This document shows, in pieces, positions 14,301 to 26,329 of a stretch of DNA of 64,000 nucleotides. Within the stretch, counting starts at the first letter, position 1; every line of letters starts with the position of its first letter. Below the pieces are notes generated by a model that saw only the letters and a list, made by a program, of their open reading frames with translations, was not told the origin of the DNA and did no database searches. The stretch is from Pecten maximus (taxonomy: Eukaryota), in assembly GCF_902652985.1 (NCBI RefSeq), contig NC_047017.1, forward strand, positions 7,564,001-7,628,000, read 5' to 3'. A program made the translations under genes and the position numbers.

Positions 14301-14648
14301 TCTAATGATATGTAAACAGTAAATACTTGTTTTGAGTATTTTTAATTGTAGGGTATAACGTCAAGCAGTGAGTTATTTATTTGGGAATAAAATAAATCTA
14401 TGATATTCGCTATTTAGTGTATTATGTACAAATTATGGTAGATATTCATCTTAGCTTGAATTAATAAATTAACAAGTTATTATTCAATTAAGTGTTTATG
14501 CAAGATCTGATGAATTGCTAGATGGTTGTCCTAATGTCAAAGTCACATATCATAAAGGCATTATCATATTTACCAGTGAATGGTGTCAACAACATACTTT
14601 ATGTATCATGCCTTTACAGCTACCTCATATGGCACAGTATATCACCTT

Positions 14649-14850
14649 ATCTACCCGAGTTACGTGACACGGTGTATTTCCTGTATCGATCCGAGTCACG
14701 TGACACGGTATATTACCTGTATCTACCCGAGTCACGTGACAGGGTTTATTTCCTGTAGCTACTCGAACCACGTGACAGGGTTTATTTCCTGTATCTACCT
14801 GAGTCACGTGACACGGTGTATTTTCTGTATATAACTGGGTCACATTTCAC
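14649..14850. repeat. 36-bp minisatellite (~5.5 copies) in Hlx intron 1
   Basis: Unit ctacccgagtcacgtgacacggtgtatttcctgtat. Confidence 0.9.
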
Positions 14851-15019
14851 GTGTATATCTTCAATTTTCTTGTATCCGTCTGGTCTCGTAACACGGCATA
14901 AATTGCATCTATATTCCCTGTATACTCCCTGTATATAACCTGTATCTACATGTATATTCCCTGTTTATAACCTGTATATGAGCGAGTGACAGGATACATT
15001 TCCTGTATCTATTTGGAGC

Positions 15020-15712
15020 AGATATACATGTATCTACATGTACCAATATACATGTATCTACATGTACCAATATACATGAACCTTTATATAAATATACATG
15101 TACCTTTATACAAATATACATGTACCTTTATACAAATATACATGTACCTTTATACAGATATACATGTACCTATGTACAAATATACATGTACCTACATGTA
15201 CCAATATACATGTACCTTTATACAAATATACATGTACCTTTATACAGATATACATGTACCTATGTACAAATATACATGTACCTACATGTACCAATATACA
15301 TGTACCTTTATACAAATATACATGTACCTTTATACAGATATACATGTACCTATGTACAAATATACATGTACCTACATGTACCAATATACATGTACCTTTA
15401 TACAAATATACATGTACCTTTATACAGATATACATGTACCTATGTACAAATATACATGTACCTACATGTACCAATATACATGTACCTTTATACAAATATA
15501 CATGTACCTTTATACAGATATACATGTACCTATGTACAAATATACATGTACCTACATGTACCAATATACATGTACCTTTATACAAATATACATGCACCTT
15601 TATACAAATATACATGTACCTATGTACAAATATACATGTACCTACATGTACCAATATACATGTACCTTTATACAAATATACATGTACCTTTATACAAATA
15701 TACATGTACATG
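15020..15712. repeat. TACATGTA-based satellite with 90-bp higher-order unit (22+22+22+24)
   Basis: Near-perfect 90-bp periodicity, about 7 copies. It is the source of several spurious long ORFs. Confidence 0.95.
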
Positions 15713-16579
15713 TCCATGAATATCGATATGTCAAGTCTGTTACCTGTATTTTCCTTTTGGACAGCTGTTGACAGTATATCATTTGTATCTACCTGTCAAT
15801 GTCCGTTGGATATTCAATTTATGTCGCATTTATCGGATAATTACAAATATACATACATATGCATCACCCTAAATTATTTCCAGTCGCCATGTACTCTTAA
15901 CCTAGCTGGTGTACCCGTTTTATCTAAGGTATAATATTCTTGGGTCAGAGAGCTGTCTACTTTGGTCCAAACGCTCTAATAATTTGGTGTATTTTCCACC
16001 TGTCTCTATAAAAAGCTCGTTACTGAACAGTAAGCTGGTCAATGTGTAATCTTACATGTTAATTGGCGTGACAGAACGAGCTTATAGCCATACACGTAAC
16101 TTACTTGGGTTCTTTTGCACGTGATTGTGTCTTTTTTTTAAGTCTGATAAATAAAATCTGCAGAGAAACCAGTTTCGGTGTAGATATTCAGGGATTAGAT
16201 TAATGTTCAGACTTCATATATTTTGTCGAATACTGTCACGAATTTATGGACATGCACCCTATGTTTCAGAGCTCGACCGTTGGAACTCCCTAATTGATGT
16301 AGCACGTAAACAATTATATTCAATACTTACTGCATTCTCTATCACGAACAAATAGCAAGCGTGCTGTATTTCTCTTAAAAGAGATTATCAAACACGTAAA
16401 CTCTGACTATTAATAGTCTTTAAAAGTGTATCTGATAATTCATTCCTACTGGCTTTGAGAAAATCTTAAAATTCCTTAAATTTCTCCAGTGATCTTTTCA
16501 GAAAACTAATAGTCACCAAAAATGTCGAATTTTATTGGGATTGTAAAATTATTGGTTATAATCAACTATGTACTCTTAC

Positions 16580-16976
16580 CTTTCTCGCGAGATTTTCTTC
16601 CGAAGTCTTCCGATAAGATTCTGTTGATTCCGAATTTAAGATGTTTGGACTGTCCGGACACCCCCGGGGGCCGGGACTCACTGCTCCTCCGATCCTCTCC
16701 GTCTGTGACAAACCGTTGGACTCTCTTACTGGTGCAGAACGCTTTAAGAGGTCCGAGGGCGGAGGGAGATTGTTGGCACCCCGGGGGTAGCACGCCCGGT
16801 GGGTTACACGATAGTAGAGGCGTGCTCCCGCTATGCACATGCAAGATATCCGTAATGTGAAAAGATGGTTTCTTCGTAGAAAAATTCAAAAGTCCGGCAT
16901 CGTGGAAATAGTTGTGTGTCCACATTGTAAAGTTTGGATGGTTCTCCGGACAAACCAAACCGCCTAGGGTGTACAT
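16580..16976 (-). CDS. HLX: Hlx homeobox gene, coding exon 1. Probable start ATG is 16976; an in-frame ATG also lies at 16991
   Basis: Translates MYTLGGLVCPENHPNFTMWTHNY...STKKPSFHITDILH...HLKFGINRILSEDF...REK. This matches, as recalled, the vertebrate HLX N-terminus (MFAAGL..NFSLW..KKPSFCIADILH) and the LKFGIDRIL motif. Ends at phase-1 donor AAAG|GTAAGA. Confidence 0.9.
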
Positions 16977-16991
16977 GTCCCTTGGACACAT

Positions 16992-17256
16992 TCGACTGCG
17001 TCACTCCTCCACAGCGAGGGGGATCTCGACTCCTCCCCCATTATCAACATGTTGTCAGTAGAGGCGGGTCTAATTTGATGTATACCAACAAGCTGACACC
17101 CATATGTGTCCGATTTGATTAGAAGCGAGTTAGAAAATGGGAGGGGTGTAAAATTTGGGAGAGGGAGCGAGATCTCACAGATGACCACGCAGTATTTCTT
17201 ATCGGGATGCATGTGAAGTTTTAATGAGTCTGTTCGCGAACTCATTGGTTCTCCAA
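16992..17256 (-). promoter_or_regulatory. Hlx 5' UTR and proximal promoter
   Basis: Lies directly upstream of exon 1. Contains a GC-box-like GAGGCGGG (~17061), TAAT/TGAT motifs, a purine-rich stretch and a CCAAT on the minus strand (~17244-17248). Bounded by a MITE insertion. Confidence 0.5.
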
Positions 17257-18111
17257 TATGGCGTGTCAAACGTTGCAAATATTCAATAATTGTAAATATA
17301 TGTGCAACAATAATATATATATGCAATAAAAAAAATATTTATGTGCAATAATTGTCAATATATGTACAATAAATAAAATATATGCAATAAAAAATATTTA
17401 TATGCAATAAAATATATTTTTGTGCAATATCTTATATTTGTGTTAATATTTACAATATGTATACCATGAAAAATATATATATGCAATAAAAAATATTTAT
17501 GTGCTAATAAAAATATATTTTTGTTCGAAAAAAATATATTAATGCAATAAAATTTATATATGAGCGATAATTTGCATTGTGGGATAGCATCTGTGACCTC
17601 ATCTGAAGTTGCTGTAACGGCGTGTTTGATTGGATGAGGAAATCATCCTGGCGCTTGAACATGCAGTCATAACTTGGAAGTTGTGGCGGTGAAACGTAAG
17701 TCAAAGGGGTTGGAAATGAATATGAAGGTGGAAGAGAATTGAGGTCAGATGAGGTCACAGATGCTATCCCACAATGCAAATCATCGCAAATATATAAATT
17801 TTATTGCACAAAGATATATTTTTTTCGAACAAATATATATTTTATAGCACATAAATATTTTTTATTGCATATATTTTTTTTTCATTGTATACATATTTGT
17901 AAATATTTAACACAAATAAAGATATTGCACAAAAATATATTTTATTGCATATAAATATTTTGTATTGCACATATATTTGTAATTATTTAATACACCTGTA
18001 TAGATATTGCACATAAATACATTTTATTACACATAAATATTTTTATAGCATATCTATATATTATTGCACATATTTACAATTATTGAATATTGCAACGTTT
18101 GACACGCCATA
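17257..18111. mobile_element. Foldback MITE with TATGG termini (IS3EU-like), long inverted arms
   Basis: Starts TATGGCGTGTCAAACGTTGCAA and ends TTGCAACGTTTGACACGCCATA. AT-rich arms are ~350 bp and end in an inverted gcattgtgggatagcatctgtgacctcatctga block. TSD ctccaa/ctccta (5 of 6 match). Confidence 0.88.
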
Positions 18112-18444
18112 CTCCTACGGCAAACCTAAACATCTGAGTTTTCATCTCAAATGATTCATTACATTGCCTAAATCATATCTTTATAAATTTTCAATATTAT
18201 TCTCATTTTCATGTTAAAAAAACATACATTTTTCATCTAAACAATAAAGTTCAATTTTTATTTTTATTTTAAAGAAAATATCTAGAGAGCAACAATCAAT
18301 TGAAGAACAAGTTTTATCATCCTTTCCGTATTTGAAGATAAACTGTGTCTTATGATAACTTATTTCAAAATGTTAAAGGAGTTTTAAAGACGTTTACAAG
18401 CATGCCATAAAACCAATTTTGGAAAACAATGAGGATTTAGTTTA

Positions 18445-18860
18445 AACATTATTTTATTCAACAAGACACAATAACATTACATATACAGAAAATTGCAAAT
18501 GGGATGGGAAAACAAGCTTAAAGCTTATATTAATTCCTTTCCCAATCACACAGAAAAGCAAATACATCTTCGGAACTAGGACACCTTAATTTTGATAACT
18601 AAGAACAAAATAACATTTTACATAGTTGGATTTGAAACTTGGTCGTAATTCTAATAAAAATTAAAATATTCAAGTTCCTAATTTTTTGTCGAGTATAAAT
18701 GAATCGATAATACATAACTTAAAACTCTTGGATATCGATTGAACTCCGCGGCCTTAATATTTACGCTATCATCGTTATCAAGAAAATGACGATGTTTAAT
18801 TTTAACATAATAATTTATCTGCCAAAACAGAGATAACAGGAATGGGGAACATTTCTTCCA
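18445..18860 (-). mobile_element. Possible LINE 3' end remnant
   Basis: tttattcaa tail, an aagcttaaagctt stem-loop flanked by gggaaa/tttccc, and decayed coding-like sequence upstream. Confidence 0.3.
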
Positions 18861-18895
18861 ATATTTAGATCAAATTTACGAATTTTTGTATAGTA

Positions 18896-19295
18896 GTATA
18901 ATTAATTTTTCTTTGTTTTCATGGTAAATACTCAAATGTGATTGGTCGAAAAATTCTTTTCATTCTTCTATGAAAGAAATTCCGAGAATGGCACGAAAAA
19001 TGTGACGTCACAATACGACAATTGACGTTGCGTATTGATTTGAGAAAAAGAACCCCATTTATATCCAGTAAATTTGTACATAAAACATGTTCTAAATAAG
19101 AAAATCATTTTCAAAAATTAATTATAAGCGTTGATGTCAACTTTTTTTTAGTTTCATCGGGGTATGAAACAAATTTTGTTTGCAAACTGTATGAATCCGC
19201 GTAGCGGATTCTTACAGAAGTCAGTCAATTGCAACCAAAATTAGTTTCATACCCCGATGAAACTAAAAAAAAATGACATCAATGCTTAAATAATT
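18896..19295. mobile_element. Crypton-like non-autonomous element with long terminal hairpin
   Basis: gattggtc and tgacgtca motifs, then ~80-bp inverted arms (19125-19200 and 19204-19288) closed by GC-GTA-GC. Confidence 0.55.
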
Positions 19296-20420
19296 GTAAC
19301 ATAACAACTACAGAACAAAGTAAGATTGATCAAACTGGGAACAGCGTCATAATTGTACATATTTATCATTATTGTATTGAATAGACAAGATTTCGATAAC
19401 AATTCAGACCTGAAAAAAGAAATGATCGGCATGAAAGGAGATCCGCATATACAGACCGGGCTACTCACGTATCTACAACTATTGGCTATAAATAAATCAT
19501 AATTTAGTGAAAAGAATTTGTACTTTAACTTCATATGAAACGATATTTATCTTTCGTTCAGCATACACACAAAAATCAAAAACAAAAATCGGAAGAATGT
19601 GTGTTCGAATCTTGAGAGATGACTTTTATAATCTTCCGCACTTTAGCAATATCTAAATCATTCCACAAGACCGCAGCTTAAATGGCGGGAAAGATTAATC
19701 GGTACATTGGTACTGAAGTTTGGTATCGTAAGGCCATGACTGTTCCTCAGGAGATATCTGACATCTTGATTTACTGTATTCTGTAGAATTGTATTCATGA
19801 AATCAGAGGTGATACTTAATTTTTTTTTCATTTTGTATAATATGTGTAGTTTCAATATTTTCCTCCTGTTTGAAATTATCTTAAACTCTGATTTTGAAAT
19901 AAAATGTCATTGTATATCAAATTATAAAATTACCTTGAATCATGTTCTAAGTAAATCTTAATTATCATAAAAGTATAATGCTATAAATAATTTGTATTTT
20001 AAGATTTTTATATTACAGCTTACATACCTATTGTAAGTGATTCCATTGTTACAGAAGACATGGATGTACTAGTTTGGGTTGCGAGTTCGAAACCTACGTG
20101 GGGCAGTTGCCAGGTGCTGACCGTAGGCCGGTGGTTTTTCTCCGGGTACTCCGGCTTTCCTCCACCTCCAAAACCTGGCACATCCTTAAATGACCCTGGC
20201 TGTTAATAGGACATTAAACAAAAACAAACAAACAAACAATGTACTAGTTTATCAGTTTACATTTAATTTACATTTAATGTCAAAACAACATTTCTTTTTT
20301 TCTTTCTGTTAAATGATGTATACTGGACATGCAGGAATGTTATAAGTTTATTAGTTACGACCTCATCAAGAGAAATCAACATTTCAATATGTGTACAAAT
20401 TCATTTCTTTGTTATCTGTC
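19296..20420 (-). mobile_element. Decayed CR1-group LINE, 3' part of ORF2, interrupted by a SINE
   Basis: Broken frames KLHILYKM..VNQDVRYLLRNSHGLTIP and SLNYDLF..SPVCICG..FF resemble the CR1-type ORF2 C-terminus. Confidence 0.5.
20076..20238 (+). mobile_element. 5'-truncated tRNA-derived SINE (V/Meta-type core)
   Basis: B box GTTCGAAAC, core ggtggtttttctccgggtactccggctttcctccac, (AAAC)n tail. TSD atgtactagttt (20064-20075 and 20239-20250). Confidence 0.92.
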
Positions 20421-20941
20421 TATCTATTAATATATTCATTTATTTCAACTGTTTATCTATTTTAATCGAACATGTTATTTATTTCATATCACATCGATTT
20501 CGATATTCATTTCCTTTTCTGATGGAATATCAATCTGAACATTTGCACAGCAGTCACGTGATCATTATCGTGTCGTTGAAACATATCTTTGGCAAAACAT
20601 CAAAGGGATTTGACAAAAGTTCTTGTTACTTACAAGCCAAGCCTCTCTCCTAACAGTACAATGCACAATAGCAATAGACAACACGTGATGATACAATTTT
20701 AAACACGAACGAGTAGTATTCATTGTTAATGTCAATGTTAATAGAAAAGGAAAGACGGGGGAAGGGAGGAAGATAAAAAAGATTCTGGCTGTTAAGGTTG
20801 AAGAAAACTGTTATAATATTGTGCACATACTAACACTTTCATTGATATAACTGGATCTCCATCAAATTTCCTGACATAAATTTACAGTTGTTCACTCTAT
20901 ATACTTGTTATAGAAAATCAGTAGATATTGGACAAAAAAAT

Positions 20942-21030
20942 TCAAACGACCCGGATATTAACGTCACACCGATGATGTAAGTGTGACGTCATCAAACGAC
21001 CCGGATATCAACGTCACATCGATGATGTAA
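20942..21030. repeat. Direct duplication of a ~40-50-bp unit
   Basis: tcaaacgacccggatatYaacgtcacaYcgatgatgtaa occurs twice. Confidence 0.85.
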
Positions 21031-23316
21031 AGGTAATGTCATAAAAACAAAAACGAAAAAACTAAAACTAAAAAATAGCCAAAGAAACATAATTATATTA
21101 TATTATATTATATTATTACACAAAAATATGGAAATACTAATACAGCCATAATATTTCGATGAGAAAGACTGCAGCTAACTAGGCTAAACTATTCAAATAC
21201 GTAAATCAAAATAATCGTACCTACAATATGTTTCCGGCTGATAAATAATCAATATAAACCTTTTTGGACTTGAATTCATAATCTAATTATCAAATTATTC
21301 AACAATTATGTATCTTCTGCAATAGAGGAGAGGTGTAACTGAAAATTTTACAAATGTTATCAAATTTTCTATCTGTATATTGGAACGGTGAAGCTCATCT
21401 TTTTTTTTCATTTCTGGAATATAACTACATGTATCACAGTTTTTAGAATGTCGTCTTTCTATAAATGAAAGGAAAACTCCTTTCCAAAAGTTAAAATATT
21501 TAAATGCCCATCTTACCAAGGACATTTACTAGGGTATCTAAGGGCTACGAGGATAAATTAATTCTTATTTAAGTGTGAATAAATTCAAATCATTGCCTTT
21601 GCATTTTCGGGTCTAGATAATGCGAATTCAATGCTATTTCGTTGTTTTATAATTTCAACAGAAAAAAAAGATAATCGCAGAATAATATGAAATTTAATAT
21701 TGATAAGCATTAATGCATTTGGTAACAAATCGTGTTATTTAGAGTTAGATTAAAATCCAACTTCAAACTTGCTCCGTTCCGTGTGATCTTCATCAGCGCG
21801 TACCTTTTGACGTGTGGCGTTACGGATAATGTTGCTATGTCGGCAGTCACGTGGTTTCAAATGGACCAATGAGTTGTATTGAAATACATAAGCTCATCTT
21901 CTTTAATTAATTATGAGGTTAAATGTTTCACTAAGTCACTAAGCTATTACTTGATGTCATTGTCGATAACAAGTGAAGGTCATTTGCAATGCTAGCGATG
22001 CCAACATGAGTGACAATGTAGAGGTCAGTAGACACGCCGATTCCACGATCAGTTACTATAAATAATGCCACCCTTAAAAATATCTTGGCTTGCTGTAAAC
22101 AGATTTTCAACCTTTAATACGAAAACAAACCCGAATATGGAAATCATTATTTAGTTTGTGTTCTAATACAAAAGAAACACACACCAACCGTATTTGAGTT
22201 TGGGAGACGTTGTTTCAAATCTGCACATCAACTTCCGGACATCAATATCCGGAACGTTCAAATCGTTAAAAACAATGTTTTATTTTTCACAATAAAATTT
22301 TGAATCGCCGAATTTTTCTGGGTCGGGCGGGTTACGTCAAACAAACTTTATTTTTATGTTGGCTTTAAACACACATGTACGGCTTAAAGTCAGCTTAAAT
22401 GAAATCCGATTTTAAAATTCAACATTTATCATATCTTCATGATTTTATTTGACGTGAATTGTTAAGTTCAGGGGGAAACACCATTTAAAAAAAAAAAAAA
22501 CGGATATTCAATCCTGTCATGACGTAAGCAAGTCATGTGAAACAACGGACAATTTGTTAATTCAAATCTCATAAAACGAAAAGAAATAAATCCAATGATT
22601 ATATTACCAGAGCTGTGGGAATGAATCAAAAGATATTGTTCCCGATGAGGCTGTCATCATGCCCGACATGTATTTAAAGCCTGCTGTGTGTCTCTGTGTT
22701 GTAGATAACGGTATTGGTATTTGTTTGTAACGCCTAATTTCCCTCCACAGACTTCGGAACGTGTACAACTCCTTTAATCTGATGCCACACAATCTGTAGC
22801 GTAAATTTAGGTTTACTGAGATTTTCAGCTTTATTTTTTATGTTTATATCAACCAAAGGTAATTTTTTATTTTAATTACCTCCCAAAACACAAGATGGCG
22901 TGTATGTTGCAGTCCGCATCTTCTTACTCGTCACCTCAAATACTACCGCTGGAAAGTTATTTTAAAGTGAAAGCCTTGTCAGCGATCAGAAAATATAATT
23001 CAAAGAAAGAAAAAAATAACCGAGAAGAATCATGATATGAAATGTTGTTTATTTCCGAATATTTTTATTTAAAACAATAATGAAACTTAAAAGAACATTA
23101 AAAAAATTAGAATGTCAAATACATGTTTGTACAAATATGTTGGAATGTTGTTAATTAAAATCAAGCTGACAGGTCATGGTAAGTTGTGTCTGCAAAAGTT
23201 CTTCAAAACACTCGTTTGCTTAGATTTAGCTGTGAGACCCCGGATGAACACATGCCGGAATTCATCATTTATCACTTCCCAACATCTGTGATGAGGGTAA
23301 GGGGTTATCTCCCTTC

Positions 23317-23335
23317 TATCGCCCTCTAGTGACCG
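23317..23335 (-). promoter_or_regulatory. Candidate CTCF site
   Basis: Minus strand cggTCACTAGAGGGCGATA matches the CCACYAGRGGGCG consensus well. Confidence 0.45.
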
Positions 23336-23969
23336 TCGCCCCCCATACCGTCGGGCTAATTACGACAAAGTGGTCTACCGCGAGTCCACAAACAATTAGG
23401 TCACTATTCTCCTAAAGCCGTCGTAATGGTTATGCACCGAATAGTCAGGAAATAAATATACAATTTAAATCACTCATTTTGCCATATATTTTTTTTGGTA
23501 CAGTAAAGTCTCTCAAATAAACCTTTTTTCTGCATCGACTATTTTTTTCCTTGATCAAACATACTGCACAAACAGCTTTTAGTTTATAAACAATATTTTA
23601 ATCTGTAAACAAATGATTTTGATCTTCATTTTATATAATAGCTAACTTATATCAAGCTTCAAATTATTTTGCACAATTTATCTAAAAAAAATAAATATCA
23701 AAGGATCTAATTTTTTGCTTATAAACAAGTTTTCTTTTCAAAATAGTAAATGCATATATCTTCATTTCATATATCATCATAAACACTAATATTGTCCTAT
23801 AATGAGATCTGTGATACCGTGTTCTCACATAAACCAGGCGCACAGAGGCGGTGTTGGGGTGACCGAGAAATTATTTCAATATCTATTTATTTTCTTTACA
23901 ATTTGTCTTTTTAATCGCATTATTTCTACTTATCCGACATCCATAGAAAATGATTGAAGTGCATTTTCA

Positions 23970-24290
23970 CATAATTTTTATATTATTGTTACCTTAGAGT
24001 TACAATACTGTTACATTATTGTTACAACATTATTGTTACATTAATATTTCATTATTATAAAATTATATTACACTATGGTTATATTATCTTATATTATTGA
24101 TACATTATATTGCTATATTTTACAATATTTTTACAATATTTTACATTATTGTTACATTATTGATTATTGTCACATCACCGTTACATTATTTTACAATATT
24201 GTTTCACTACTTTACATCAAAGTTACACTATTGTAACATTACTATTCCATTATATTACATTATTATTACATTTCTTACTTTTATCACCCT
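23970..24290. repeat. Low-complexity (ttacatta)-like tract
   Basis: Degenerate ttacattatt repeats. Confidence 0.65.
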
Positions 24291-25879
24291 ATAAATGTTT
24301 TACGATATAAACCTAACGGAAGAATTCTATTTCATACTACACTAAAGTCATGAAATATGGTTCCAGTCTCTTATTTCAATATTTAGGTCTGATATTTCGA
24401 CATTATTCTGGCCCATTTCTGTGTATTGTACAGTGGTTCGGACATTGCCAAATCCGAACCTGTTTTAGTGGTATATACATTTGCATTGTAGACAATAGAG
24501 AATCTATTTTGTATATTTCTTCTATTTTTACGGTCATCAAAATGAATCACCTATTAGGCATCAAACTGCTGTTCGGGTAATGACACGGGTAATTTGTAGG
24601 CCTTTTATTGATAATTTTTTAGTTTATTTGAACCATTCTTATTAACTTGTTAAAAGACACTCATTCATTTTAAAGAAAAGACAGAGACAGAGTTAAATAC
24701 AGAGTAAATGTCGTGATGGGGCAAAGCGGGGAATAAATGTGTTTAGAGAAAATTGGAGGAGGGGTAGCGGAGAGGGGAGGGAGGGGGAGTGTTGTTTCCT
24801 GAAACCAAGAAAATAAATCCGGATCCGCAACAAGTATTTAAAAGTGATATAGAACTTCCGGTAATGTTGAAAGGATAACACACGTTATAAAACTATTTGA
24901 TCAAGTTCCAACTGATGTTTTCACTATATACTCTATTGTCATTATGATACGATGTTGTGTTTTATCATGTCTATGCTGCTATGTAACGTCAAATGATATA
25001 TATACGTGTCAGATTTATATAAGTGTCTTGACACTTGTTTCTGATTCCTTTTTGTATCATTTATATGCTGTACATATATTGTTAAATGGAAATTGACAAC
25101 TAAAACACAGTTTAAATTAAAACATGATTAATCCGACGCACAGTAAAATGATATATTGGTTAGATTAACGAAAATGTCGGATTACACAGATAAACATGTC
25201 TTCTCTTTTTAATAATAAATAAAATGTACTCTGTACAAAAATATACAATACTATGATAATGAACTGTAAATAGCATCTATTGAATACGGTATGTTTTATC
25301 ATATTCTTATATCAATTAGTGATTTTGACCCACAATTAGCCAGATTCAAGATACAACTGTGATTTAATAAAAACGAACGACCTTACACAAAATCACACGT
25401 CCTGGAATATTTCTACACATAATATGACACACCATTTTAAAACACACATTATGTAAAATATTCGGCCTTTATATATTTTGTTAATTGTTTCAATTGTACA
25501 GTATAACAAAGGCCGAAATGAAAGTCGAAGAAATAAGTCCGTTGATATTTTAGAATTAAAGGTGTTCGTTTAAACATTAAAAGTTTATGTGTTATTAAAA
25601 AGAATTGATGTACAATGTAATAAAGACAAAGCTTACAGTTTTTAGAGGATATTTCAGTTATTTTTCTTTATTATTATATTGCCGTAAATGGATTTTTTTC
25701 ATCATTATAGTGTACGTAAATTTTGTTTTTCATTTTTATGAAAATAAAAAAACAACCTAATGAAATAAAAAAATGTGGAAAAACAGAGTGTAACTTATCT
25801 CTTTGTAGATACTGTGGTATTTCATGAAATGTTTCTGTTTTGATTTTACAAGTATAATATATACTTATTTTCTCCAGTT

Positions 25880-26045
25880 GGATGTGAAAGGTTATATGGG
25901 TCAGCTGCCCGACCACGTGGGTTTTCTCCGAGTAATCCTGTTTTCTCCCACAGTAAGTAAGACCCCTCGCGAACTTCCATCCGGCCAATAATAGTGATTA
26001 ATATAAGTTTTTTCACAATTGTTGTAAAATAAATGAAGTTTACAT
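25880..26045 (+). mobile_element. Older, truncated V-domain SINE of a different family
   Basis: ccacgtgggttttctccgagtaatcctgttttctcccacag resembles the V-SINE core, followed by a distinct tail. Confidence 0.55.
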
Positions 26046-26329
26046 TTTTTCATTTCATTATTTATCTACATATCTAGTTATTTATTTATTGAATTTTACA
26101 AATGCAAATACCTGAAAATATTGTACAGAATTGTGAATTTATAAGCTCTGCTTTAGGATGAGTTGACAGCGATATCACATGCACTGTCCGCCCTGATAAT
26201 GTAAACGTTCCCGTATTTCTCAAGATTTTTTTCTCGGCTCCACTAATGTCAGTTTTAATTTTAATAAGCATTATATATGAGTGATAACCCTGTTATATTA
26301 CTACTATTAATGTGGTACTATTATAAACA

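Noticed and set aside
14986-15934. Long ORFs of 199-278 aa
   Set aside because: Open in several frames on both strands because of the 90-bp satellite.
16522-16860. Antisense and alternate-frame ORFs over Hlx exon 1
   Set aside because: Shadow ORFs of a GC-rich coding exon, with no recognisable motifs.
21765-21800. Hammerhead ribozyme on the minus strand (CTGATGA-AGATC...)
   Set aside because: Stem II is broken and GAAA is replaced by GGAG; at best a dead relic.
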